A stretch of DNA of 45,963 nucleotides from an uncultured Azospirillum sp. Lineage in GTDB: Bacteria; Pseudomonadota; Alphaproteobacteria; RF32; CAG-239. The stretch is from assembly GCA_946623145.1 (NCBI GenBank), contig CAMOQT010000001.1, forward strand, positions 1-45,963, in the 5' to 3' direction. The notes beneath the pieces are model-generated. The model was not told the origin of the DNA. It searched no databases and was given only the letters and a program-made list of their open reading frames with translations. Below, piece by piece: positions 16,986 to 25,778 of the stretch; within the stretch, counting starts at the first letter, position 1; each line of letters begins with the position of its first letter. Both the position numbers and the translations under genes were made by a program.

Positions 16986-17276
16986 TCAGGGTGCAAATTT
17001 ATTCCCCTTACTCTTATATATATTATTACTAATATGGCGGCTTTGTCCAAAAGCCATTATCATTGTTGATATATGAGGATCTTTTTGCCCCATATATACA
17101 ACAAAAATGTGTCCAAGAGCTATTGAACCCATAAAAAATATCGGATTTATATTCCAAATTCCCATACAAATAAACATTAAGGGAAATTGTAATCCGAGAT
17201 TCATTAAAGTAGGCAAAAACGGCCCCCACAGTATTTTTGGAGGATTAGCAACTGCTTTTAAGATCATCTCTCTCAT
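16986..17276 (-). CDS. virB3: VirB3/TrbD-family small inner-membrane T4SS protein
   Basis: 96 aa. The start ILKAVANPPKILWGPFLPTLMNLGLQFPLMFI resembles the L.KG.TRP....GVP start of VirB3. Two hydrophobic helices are present. It lies immediately upstream of virB4. Confidence 0.75.
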   Translation of the reverse strand: MREMILKAVANPPKILWGPFLPTLMNLGLQFPLMFICMGIWNINPIFFMGSIALGHIFVVYMGQKDPHISTMIMAFGQSRHISNNIYKSKGNKFAP

Positions 17277-17369
17277 TATGTTGCCTCGTTTTTCTTCTTT
17301 TAAGCCCTTTATTTGTAACAGTATACCTTTTTTTTATGAAAAATCTCTTAATATTACTTTGTTTATTAT

Positions 17370-17909
17370 TTATTCAAATGCCCATAAAATATTATTTTCT
17401 TCTTTACAATATTGCTTTGCTTGTGTTTTGGACAAAGGCAATCCATTATTTCCCCAGCTAAATTCATAACTCCCCGAATCATTCAGAATTGCCATAGAAA
17501 TAAGTCCTAATTTATCTTCCTCAGCCCAATACAAAGAAGCTAATTCTATACATTCTTTTTTATTCAAATCTTTATATCCGATTACAAAACTATGCTGTCC
17601 CGGCATTACTTGATTACCATTAATATCGCTACCTATAATAACACTTTTATTTAAATTGTTCAAAATTTGATTGTTATTCATTTTACCGACATATAAATTC
17701 AGTTTTATGGCTTCACTATTATTCAATCCCCAATAATCGGGACGATTTCTATAGTAAGCGCGAATATTTTCTGACATTTTTATGATATCTTTATTAGCTT
17801 GAACAATTTCTGAAGAGGGTCTTTCAAAACAAAGAATTACACCTATCAGCAAAATACTTGCTAATGAACTCAGCCATATATATATTATAAGTTTCTCTTT
17901 GTTTTTCAT
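17370..17909 (-). CDS. Type IVb pilin-like protein (PilS/BfpA-like globular domain) with a non-canonical N-terminus
   Basis: I prefer the ATG at 17909, one nt after the pilR stop; the track start at 17987 overlaps pilR by 77 nt. The N-terminus MKNKEKLIIYIWLSSLASILLIGVILCFE forms a single hydrophobic helix. The remainder follows a BfpA-like layout: SENIRAYYRNRPDYWGLNNSEAI..., ...KDLNKKECIELASL... and ...LSKTQAKQYCK. The two Cys are spaced like the pilin D-region disulfide. No Gly(-1) or Glu(+5) is present. Confidence 0.5.
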   Translation of the reverse strand: MKNKEKLIIYIWLSSLASILLIGVILCFERPSSEIVQANKDIIKMSENIRAYYRNRPDYWGLNNSEAIKLNLYVGKMNNNQILNNLNKSVIIGSDINGNQVMPGQHSFVIGYKDLNKKECIELASLYWAEEDKLGLISMAILNDSGSYEFSWGNNGLPLSKTQAKQYCKEENNILWAFE

Positions 17910-17910
17910 C

Positions 17911-19023
17911 TTATTTACCCATGTTACTGGTAATTTGATCTTGCATATCAAATACGCCCATAACGGCCCAAGCAATAATACCACCAATTGAAAGTAAGGC
18001 TATCATATTTAAAATTTCAGCTTTTTGTTCAATAACATAGACAGATTCATCCAGCCAATCGTTTGCCAAATTATCAATTGCTTCTTCAAAGTTATCCAAT
18101 TCAGAGTATACCGCCAAATCTGAAATAATTTCTTTATCTGGAAATTCTAACTCTGTTTTATATAAAGCTTGACCTAAGTTATCACCGTTATTAATAAAAC
18201 GGAGAGCTTTATCTATTTTTTCACGAAGGTATTTATTTGCATCTCGGCGAAGTGTTGACATTGCACTTGAAACAGGGGTACCACCTTTAATCAATGCAGC
18301 CATAGCCAACAGCCAGCTAATACCTGTAAAGATTTTATACAAAGACCATGGCGGACAACGGTCAAAAATTACTCTTATTTTTCCGGTCCAAATACCGATT
18401 GTCGCATAAATAACCAACATTGTTACCGGAAGTATTGAGAACGCTATTGCCCAATAAACCTGAATCCATTCAGAAACATCAACCAAATCGCGTGCTGTTC
18501 CTGTCCATTTTACGTTCGGGGCAGCTTCTTGCATCGGCGGCACCATATAGACACCGATTGCGTATAAAATCAAAATAGACATCATCATCAAAAACGCCGG
18601 ATACGCAATAGCACCTACAATCGGACGAATCATTTTAGTAGATCCTTCCGTCACCTTAATCAAATTAAGCAACGCACTTTCGAGGTTTGAAACATCACCG
18701 GTTGATAACATCAGTCTTTCTCGTCCCGGAGCCCAACCACGCAACGCATCGGCAAAAGTTAAACCATTTTGTAAGGTCTTCATCCAAGAGACAATTGCAA
18801 TAGCCATCGGTTCATATGGGTTTTTACCATTATCACTTGCTCCGTTATACAACAAATCCAGAGCATCCATTAACGAAAATCGGTTGGCCATCAATGAGGC
18901 CAATTTTCTATATATTTTTAGACGCGTTTTATTAGAAAATAAACAAATTATCTGAGCGTATTTTATTTCTATAGCACTTATCTTTCTTAACGTTCTACCC
19001 GATATTCTTGAGCCCTCTACCAT
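17911..19023 (-). CDS. pilR: GspF/PilC-family polytopic platform protein (IncI1 PilR equivalent)
   Basis: 370 aa, the same size class as IncI1 PilR/BfpE/TcpE. It has three hydrophobic segments interleaved with helical cytoplasmic domains. An AGGAG RBS lies upstream. It immediately follows the GspE-type ATPase gene. Confidence 0.85.
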   Translation of the reverse strand: MVEGSRISGRTLRKISAIEIKYAQIICLFSNKTRLKIYRKLASLMANRFSLMDALDLLYNGASDNGKNPYEPMAIAIVSWMKTLQNGLTFADALRGWAPGRERLMLSTGDVSNLESALLNLIKVTEGSTKMIRPIVGAIAYPAFLMMMSILILYAIGVYMVPPMQEAAPNVKWTGTARDLVDVSEWIQVYWAIAFSILPVTMLVIYATIGIWTGKIRVIFDRCPPWSLYKIFTGISWLLAMAALIKGGTPVSSAMSTLRRDANKYLREKIDKALRFINNGDNLGQALYKTELEFPDKEIISDLAVYSELDNFEEAIDNLANDWLDESVYVIEQKAEILNMIALLSIGGIIAWAVMGVFDMQDQITSNMGK

Positions 19024-19032
19024 ATTAAACTC

Positions 19033-20736
19033 CTAATAAACTGGTCGTTGATCCAACAAACCGCACCAACGTTCTACTTCTTCCAAATCGATTAGTCCTT
19101 TTAACATACGTTCTATTGCGGCATCTTTTAATGTTCTTCCATTTAAATCACTGGTCCAATAGTCAATCGCTTTACGCGTTTGGCTATCGATCATTAACTC
19201 TAAGAATGTTGCATCCGGTAAAATAATTTCCGGAACACTAATACGTCCCTTAATTCCTCGGTTATCACAGTATTTACAACCCGGACCTCTCATATATGTA
19301 TTTTCCACACCAAAATCACCTAAAGCAACTTTTAGACGTTTAACTGCCGGATTGTCTAACATATCTTTAACGCTTTTACGGCAATGCGGACATAATTTTC
19401 TAAACAAACGTTGAGATATTAATCCCTTAACTAATTCAGGATCTGATAACATAAATTTTTGTATGCCCATATCTCGTAAACGAGTTATAATTGCCGGCGC
19501 AGAGTTTGCGTGTAATGTTGTCCAAACACCGTGGCCAGACAGGGCTCCTTTAAACGTTAATTCTGCCGTAGATAAAGAACGTGTTTCACCAACCATCATA
19601 ACATCCGGATCTGAACGAAGCGCTGCTGAAAGTGCTTTGGTAAACATTTCATCTTTTTCAGCTTCGGTATTAGCATTGGTCACAGGCATTTGCCGCGCAC
19701 CCGGAATCGGATACTCTGGAGGATCTTCCACCGTAATCAGATTTAATTCATAATTCTTTTCTTGCAAAAGCTTAATCATATTACGTTGTAATGTCGTACT
19801 TTTTCCTGATCCCGTCGGACCGGCAATGACGCTTAAACCTGTCGGAACCGAACGTAGTCTGAAAAATAAATTTTCTTCATACTCACCAAAACCTAAGGAT
19901 GCCAAGTCACCACTACCATCAGGGTTATCATCAGCATACAACAAGCGCATAACTAAATATTGTGATCCGAAAGCAATCGGATTAAATTGTAAACGAATAG
20001 CCAATACGTTATGCGGCAACATTAATTTACCGTTTGAACCTCTTAATGGTGTAGCACCTAATTTTTGAGCGCCTTGGAATTCGTTTTGAGCATAGTTGGA
20101 ATCTGAAATATCCGCAGAAGCAAAAGCTGCACGAACAAAAGATTCCCCCCAAGCGCCATCGTATTCCATAACCGTCTGCATCATACCGTTTACACGAAAC
20201 ATAATTTGTGTACTATCAGCCACAACAACGTGTATATCAGACACTTTGACCGCCGCTGCTCGCGCAACGACGTTAACGAAGTCTCTTTGCATTTGTAATT
20301 GGTTTTCCTGAACTTCTTTTTCTGAAAGCTCAGGAGGAGCAGAACGTTCGCCATATCTGTAAATAGCATCAAGCTCATTTTGGTTTACGAACATCGGCTT
20401 ACTAAAACGTAATCCTTTTCGTTTTGCCAGAGCCTGGAAGCTCATAACGCGACCATCAAACTTATGTGTTTCGACAACAAGGAAACGACCATCAGAAAAT
20501 AATGCTAATAATTTTCTGGTATCATCATTAATAGAAATAACTTGCGAATTTGGAAGTGTCAGAAGCTTATTTCCGTTAGTAAACAGCGAGTTAATTAAAC
20601 CCTCTTTATTTACTTCAGTTTCTTCATTTTCCTCTTCTGCGCTCTCCTTTTTAGGCTCAGAAGAACCTTCTGAAGATGTGTTATCTTCGGTATTTTCTTT
20701 TGCTTCCAATTCTTCTGTTTCGTTTTCCTCAGCCAT
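19033..20736 (-). CDS. pilQ: GspE/PilB-family secretion ATPase (IncI1 PilQ equivalent)
   Basis: Walker A is IAGPTGSGKSTTL, the Asp box region is LITVEDPPEYP, Walker B is DPDVMMVGETR and the His box is GHGVWTTLHANSA. A tetracysteine motif CPHCRK...CKYCDNRG is present. The N-terminus is acidic and low-complexity. Confidence 0.9.
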   Translation of the reverse strand: MAEENETEELEAKENTEDNTSSEGSSEPKKESAEEENEETEVNKEGLINSLFTNGNKLLTLPNSQVISINDDTRKLLALFSDGRFLVVETHKFDGRVMSFQALAKRKGLRFSKPMFVNQNELDAIYRYGERSAPPELSEKEVQENQLQMQRDFVNVVARAAAVKVSDIHVVVADSTQIMFRVNGMMQTVMEYDGAWGESFVRAAFASADISDSNYAQNEFQGAQKLGATPLRGSNGKLMLPHNVLAIRLQFNPIAFGSQYLVMRLLYADDNPDGSGDLASLGFGEYEENLFFRLRSVPTGLSVIAGPTGSGKSTTLQRNMIKLLQEKNYELNLITVEDPPEYPIPGARQMPVTNANTEAEKDEMFTKALSAALRSDPDVMMVGETRSLSTAELTFKGALSGHGVWTTLHANSAPAIITRLRDMGIQKFMLSDPELVKGLISQRLFRKLCPHCRKSVKDMLDNPAVKRLKVALGDFGVENTYMRGPGCKYCDNRGIKGRISVPEIILPDATFLELMIDSQTRKAIDYWTSDLNGRTLKDAAIERMLKGLIDLEEVERWCGLLDQRPVY

Positions 20737-20741
20737 TGAAA

Positions 20742-22127
20742 TTACTCTGCAAACATTCCTTCTCTCAGGCTAGGAATTCTGGCCGGAGTAGATGGGGTTT
20801 CTTTTGTTTCTTCCGGCTCCATTGCGACACTTTGAAGCGGTTTAGACGGTTCTTTATCTAAAATTCCACCCGCAGAGAAATATAAATAATCTTTTACGCC
20901 ACCTCTATCTGCTGTAATATAGGTTTGTGTTATTTCTTCAATAACATGTCCTGTGTTTAAGATAGTTCCCGGTTTGACCATAAATGTTCCGCCATTTTTA
21001 TTAATTAATTTTGCAACTAAAGCATCTCCTTTACCGCTAATCTCCATAATAGCATATTCTTCTGCAATTTTTTGCTTTGCAGCATCCTCATCAACTAAAG
21101 CAAATGGATTTGCGCTTAACTGTTGCTTTTTCTTTTCTTCAGAAGCAGATATTTCGGCTTCTAACTTTGATTTTAAAAGAGCTATTTGAGTTTGTAAATT
21201 TGCAATTTCTGTCGTATATTTTTCTTTTGCATTTTTAGCCGCTGTTTTAGCCTTATATGTCGCTTCCAACAAAGATTTGAAATATTCTTTTTGCTTAGCA
21301 ATCAAATCATTATGCGCATTTTCTTCTTTAACCAATTGGTTATAGATACGAGCATTATAGTCAACCCATTCTTGATTGCTTTTCAGCATACTCTCTTTAT
21401 ACGCCTTTAAAACTCTTTCCTGACGAAGTTTTTCGTATTTAATCTCTGTTTCTTTTAAGCGTTGTTGTTCTTCAATTAATTTTCTTTCTTGCTCTTTTTC
21501 CCATTCTATCTGGATACGTTCTCTTTCGAGTTGCTTTGCTTTTTCTTCATCTATTGCTTTTTGACGAGCGGCCTTCATAGCGGCTATTTCATTCTTAATC
21601 TTTTCTCTTTTCAATTCCAAAGTTAATAAACTCGTCTGTTTTTCGATATCCGCCATTTGAGAGAATAAATCCTCTTTAACCTGATTCATTATCTTATCAC
21701 CCAAAGTAGAATCATCGTCTTCGGAAGATTCATAAAATGCTTTTTTATCAGATTCATCTACAAAATTATTGTAGGCTCGCAACATATTATTCTCTGTCGG
21801 TTCTACAGAAGATTCCTCTTGTTTAAATAAAGGGGAAGACGCAACATCATCTTGCGATGGGGCTGCATTTTCTGCACTGTCTTCTGCTTTCTGCTGAATA
21901 TTTGGTTCATTATTTGTTAATGGATTAGCGTCTTCTTCAGACTTCCGAATATCCAACTCATCACCATCGTTATTATCGATAGCAATCTCCAAATTTGGTA
22001 TATTTTGAGCTGCATCTTCCGTCGGTGTCAGTAGCGGGTTTTGAGCTAACGCTGTTGTTGTCAGCAGATAACTTACCCCTACCATTAAAAATGAGAACTT
22101 TGCAATATCAACAGATTTACATAACAT
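20742..22127 (-). CDS. PilP-like pilus biogenesis protein expanded by a long acidic/coiled-coil region
   Basis: I prefer the ATG at 22127, preceded by GAGGGGG; the track start is 22142. A signal/anchor segment FSFLMVGVSYLLTTTALAQ is followed by about 300 aa of acidic and EKAKQLERERIQIEWEKEQERK-type coiled coil. The C-terminal part YAIMEISGKGDALVAKLINKNGGTFMVKPGTILNTGHVIEEITQTYI has the PilP/GspC-HR-like pattern. The position between pilO and pilQ matches IncI1 order. Confidence 0.5.
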   Translation of the reverse strand: MLCKSVDIAKFSFLMVGVSYLLTTTALAQNPLLTPTEDAAQNIPNLEIAIDNNDGDELDIRKSEEDANPLTNNEPNIQQKAEDSAENAAPSQDDVASSPLFKQEESSVEPTENNMLRAYNNFVDESDKKAFYESSEDDDSTLGDKIMNQVKEDLFSQMADIEKQTSLLTLELKREKIKNEIAAMKAARQKAIDEEKAKQLERERIQIEWEKEQERKLIEEQQRLKETEIKYEKLRQERVLKAYKESMLKSNQEWVDYNARIYNQLVKEENAHNDLIAKQKEYFKSLLEATYKAKTAAKNAKEKYTTEIANLQTQIALLKSKLEAEISASEEKKKQQLSANPFALVDEDAAKQKIAEEYAIMEISGKGDALVAKLINKNGGTFMVKPGTILNTGHVIEEITQTYITADRGGVKDYLYFSAGGILDKEPSKPLQSVAMEPEETKETPSTPARIPSLREGMFAE

Positions 22128-23430
22128 AGATTGCCCCCTCATAATACCAAATTCCTAATACATTATCATATTTTATATTATCAATTGTAAGTCCTGAAAA
22201 TTTTGTTAATATGTCTCTCCAAATTATCGGATTTTGTGTTCCTTCGAATGAAAACTTCACCATTCGATATATCGTAGGCTTTTGCTTAGGTCCTCCGATA
22301 AATCCGCCTTTTTTTTCTTTATTCAACATTTCAGAAACTTCTTGTAAGATAATTTTGACATCTAAAGACTGAAAAAGGTCATTCAATATATTTTTTAGTT
22401 CAACACCCTTATATGCCGGAGGTGACGAAATAACCTTAGCAGGATAAGACGTACTCGCAATCAAAACATTACCGTCAGGAGAGATAGATTTTGAAACAAA
22501 AGATATACCCGATTCTTTTAATGCCTTATCAACCCAAGCAATACGACCGACCTCTCTTCTCCAAGACGCCGTCACGCCATTAGCCGTACAGGTAATGCCC
22601 CCTATACTCCACCCCGGAGGCATAATTTTAACTAATTGCATAACATCCTTATAACAATATTCTAGCACTAGTTTTGGATTTTTTATTGTTGTCCAAGGCA
22701 TAACAATAGGCTTTTCTTCAATTTGTTTCACCACCTTAGGTTTTACCGGAGCAACAACTACAGGTTTCCTTTTTGGTGCGAAGATAACATCTGTAATAAG
22801 CGTCGATATCAACCAAAAACCGACGATAGCCGAAACAGCAACAATAGCATACAGTTTCGGGCCTCGCATAGCCTTGATTTTTTGAAGTTTAGACTTTATG
22901 CCGTTTGTAATCAACGACGCCAAATCAGGATCTTGCGTATCTTCGATATGCCATTCAGCCGGTGCTATCTTTCGACCCCAGTCCGGAACGGTCATCATAG
23001 ACATAAACTGTTCTTTAGCGTTTTCCTCCTTTAAGAACAGCATATCACCATCAGACAAGATAATATCGTTTCTGGCGCAACAATACCACCAACCATTATC
23101 AACTTTAAATACGGCAACAAATGATGATTTATCACCAAGAGCGGTCGATAAAGATACCGCTAAAGCAGGTAACCCTCTTTTATAACCGTCTGTACTAGCG
23201 CACACGCCATACTGAATTGACTTGCCAGGCTTAAATGCGAAAAGATCTGCGCCTTCTAATACGCTTTCTGCCGTTTCTTCAATTTCGGTATAAGGGTCAT
23301 CCCTGTTCTGCAAAGGCTGCCAGAATAAGCTTGTTGCATACGTCGTCCCGTCAATGACGGTTGTCGCTCCCCACGAACGCGTTGCATCTGACTCTAAGTC
23401 TTGTTCATATAATTTTGCGTTTTCTAGCAA
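22117..23430 (-). CDS. PilO-like (IncI1/type IVb PilO2-like) bitopic pilus biogenesis protein
   Basis: 437 aa, versus about 430 aa for IncI1 PilO as I recall. It starts at TTG with AGGAAGG upstream. One central TM helix (LYAIVAVSAIVGFWLISTLITDVIF) splits a cytoplasmic N-domain from a periplasmic C-domain. The position between pilN and pilP matches. The assignment rests mainly on synteny and topology. Confidence 0.5.
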   Translation of the reverse strand: MLENAKLYEQDLESDATRSWGATTVIDGTTYATSLFWQPLQNRDDPYTEIEETAESVLEGADLFAFKPGKSIQYGVCASTDGYKRGLPALAVSLSTALGDKSSFVAVFKVDNGWWYCCARNDIILSDGDMLFLKEENAKEQFMSMMTVPDWGRKIAPAEWHIEDTQDPDLASLITNGIKSKLQKIKAMRGPKLYAIVAVSAIVGFWLISTLITDVIFAPKRKPVVVAPVKPKVVKQIEEKPIVMPWTTIKNPKLVLEYCYKDVMQLVKIMPPGWSIGGITCTANGVTASWRREVGRIAWVDKALKESGISFVSKSISPDGNVLIASTSYPAKVISSPPAYKGVELKNILNDLFQSLDVKIILQEVSEMLNKEKKGGFIGGPKQKPTIYRMVKFSFEGTQNPIIWRDILTKFSGLTIDNIKYDNVLGIWYYEGAIYVM

Positions 23431-23453
23431 CTGTTTATACCTTCCTAATGGAT

Positions 23454-25073
23454 TTAAATATTATGCATTCTTGATTCCGGATCTAATGGAGATTCCAAAA
23501 CAACCGGTGTTAAGATAATAACCAAGATACTTCTCTTCTTTTCAGCATTTGCACCACCACCTAATAAAGAGTTTGTAGCAGAACCAATACCTGATTTTTC
23601 TGTTGTATTCTCAACTCTTTCATAACCGGTCAAAACCAGAGATTGACCTGACGTCATTGCCACTTCTTGAGAGAAGCCTCGAGACTCAATAACCGGATTT
23701 TGAATATACTGACCACCGGCAGAACCGCCTTCTTCCGTTTCACCATTATCCAAATTAACCTTATCTAATGATAACAAATCAGATAATGTTAAGTTAAACA
23801 TCAACATAATTCGACCATGTTCCAAAATACGCGGCAAAACATTCATCGTGAATCCGGTTTCAATTTCTTCCGTTTCCGTTGAAATATCATAATAGTTAGA
23901 ATCACCACCGCTGTTGGTTTTTGTTATTTCAGAGATGTAATTTTGTTTTTTTACAACTTGAATAGGAGCAGGCTTGTTATTCAATGTCGTTACAGTACCG
24001 CTTGTAACCAAACTTGTTGTTGTTTGTTTAGATAAAGCTTGAATTGCAGCATCTATACTTACATTCTTTGGAACCAAAGACATTGTTAAGTTATCCGTTG
24101 CATCTCCTGCTCCTGCAATTCCTGTTAAACCAAAACTTCCTCCTGCAGGATCTTTAAATGCCGCAGCCAAACTAAGATTAAAGTTATCACTATCATCGAC
24201 ATTAACTTGCAAAACTTTTACGCTGATAGCAACCTGTCGAGACAGACGAGCGTTTTGTTCATTAATAAATTTTGCAACTTTCTTAATATCGTTCGGATTA
24301 GCCGTAACAGCAACTGTACCATTTGAAGAATCCATACTGATTTGAGCACTTTGTTCAACCATTGACTTAATAGAGTTTTCAATATTAGACCAGAATTCCA
24401 ACTTAGCAGCATTCGTCATTGTTAAAGAGTTACTAGCACCACTACCGCTTGAAGAACCACCGACCGTTACATTCATGCTCGGTTCACTAGGTAAGCTATA
24501 TAAAACGAATGTTCTTGTAATGTTTTTATAGAAATAGATTTCTTTTTTATCATATTTCCACCAAACACCAAAACGAGAACCAACTTCATCTAATAAGCCA
24601 CTTAACGGCCCCTGATAAGAAACCAGCATCTTATCCGGCTCAGTCCAATCTACATTTATATTGTCAGGACTGGGTCTATTGGTTGTTGCATTAGCACGAG
24701 CCTCTGTATCCATATCTCCGGCAAAACTAACACGTAATGCCGTAATTTTACTGATCATATCTCCGATTTCATATAATGTTATCGGACGATTGCTAATTAA
24801 TGTTACACCGTCTTTAGTCTCAAAATTTGCAGGAAGAGGCTGCCCATCATATTCTATTTCACTACTATCACCAAGCCAAATATCATTTTTAACACGAACA
24901 ACATCTTCAGCTATAGGCTTAGATGGAAGTTTAGCTTTTTCGCTTAAAACCGTCGTTTTTTCAATATCGCGCTCTACTGTCGCATCCATTTCTGTAGAAA
25001 TAGAGCAAGAGGATGTTATTCCCAGCGCTAAAAAAGCCAAAAGGCCGCTGCAGGTTATTTTATTCAAACGCAT
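23454..25073 (-). CDS. pilN: Lipoprotein secretin of type IVb pili (PilN/BfpB/TcpC-like)
   Basis: I prefer the ATG at 25073, 6 nt after AAGGAGG. The signal and lipobox-like sequence is LLAFLALGITSSCS. The C-terminal secretin pattern is GFTMNVLPRILEHGRIMLMFNLTLSDL...RGFSQEVAMTSGQSLVLTGYE...SILVIILTPVVL. Confidence 0.85.
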   Translation of the reverse strand: MRLNKITCSGLLAFLALGITSSCSISTEMDATVERDIEKTTVLSEKAKLPSKPIAEDVVRVKNDIWLGDSSEIEYDGQPLPANFETKDGVTLISNRPITLYEIGDMISKITALRVSFAGDMDTEARANATTNRPSPDNINVDWTEPDKMLVSYQGPLSGLLDEVGSRFGVWWKYDKKEIYFYKNITRTFVLYSLPSEPSMNVTVGGSSSGSGASNSLTMTNAAKLEFWSNIENSIKSMVEQSAQISMDSSNGTVAVTANPNDIKKVAKFINEQNARLSRQVAISVKVLQVNVDDSDNFNLSLAAAFKDPAGGSFGLTGIAGAGDATDNLTMSLVPKNVSIDAAIQALSKQTTTSLVTSGTVTTLNNKPAPIQVVKKQNYISEITKTNSGGDSNYYDISTETEEIETGFTMNVLPRILEHGRIMLMFNLTLSDLLSLDKVNLDNGETEEGGSAGGQYIQNPVIESRGFSQEVAMTSGQSLVLTGYERVENTTEKSGIGSATNSLLGGGANAEKKRSILVIILTPVVLESPLDPESRMHNI

Positions 25074-25683
25074 TCTCATCCTCCTTAGTTTCGATAACTA
25101 ATACACGATTACCTTTATAATATGTTCCTATCGGAGCCGGCTTTGCCCGAGCAAAAGTTCTAATTAGAGCTGCGCTGGCATCAGCAAAACGCCCTCTAAA
25201 CATAGCACCGGCCGTCAATGGATAATTACGATTTGTTTTCCAAACCAATCTCCATCCAGCTCTATCACTCCACTCTCCCAATAATTCTTTTAGATTTTGA
25301 CCCTCTTCGGCCAACCAATCTTCTATAGGATCTTCCGGATTTTGAACATTCTCACGATTTTCCCCATCATCTTCTGAAGAAACAGCATCATCATACTCTT
25401 CAACCTCTTCATCTACTGATGGCGGAATAGACGCAGACATATTGCTTCCGGCCGCTGTTCTTACAACATTTTGATCACGAGGCGTTCTTTCGCCATATTG
25501 TTTGTAATCCGCAGCCACATCAGTATACGGAACAAAATCAGCTTTTCCGCCAGCAGGACCTGCAGACGTTACTTCCGTACAATCAGGATCATCAGGGTAA
25601 TCCATCGGCTGTGTCAAAGTACCCATACAGCCCGAAATAATTAACATTAAAAAGACTATGCAAAATTTGAATTTTATATTCAT
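25060..25683 (-). CDS. Lipoprotein with a TcpQ/PilL-type C-terminal domain
   Basis: The signal and lipobox are FCIVFLMLIISGCMG, followed by an acidic linker. The C-terminal part is WLAEEGQNLKELLGEWSDRAGWRLVWKTNRNYPLTAGAMFRGRFADASAALIRTF. This is the pattern I associate with TcpQ/PilL domains, which pair with T4b secretins. It lies directly upstream of the secretin gene. Confidence 0.6.
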   Translation of the reverse strand: MNIKFKFCIVFLMLIISGCMGTLTQPMDYPDDPDCTEVTSAGPAGGKADFVPYTDVAADYKQYGERTPRDQNVVRTAAGSNMSASIPPSVDEEVEEYDDAVSSEDDGENRENVQNPEDPIEDWLAEEGQNLKELLGEWSDRAGWRLVWKTNRNYPLTAGAMFRGRFADASAALIRTFARAKPAPIGTYYKGNRVLVIETKEDENAFE

Positions 25684-25778
25684 TATCCGAGTTCCTACGT
25701 GTTTTTTTGTTTCTTATCATACAGTTGGAAAATTAAATAATCAAGCACCGAGACGGACTTATTACCAACTACCATAAA

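Noticed and set aside
14561-17987. Longest-ORF starts for virB4 (17050) and the pilin-like gene (17987)
   Set aside because: Both would overlap the upstream gene by 65-77 nt and add non-homologous N-terminal residues. Internal ATGs at 16942 and 17909 sit right after the upstream stops and give family-typical N-termini.
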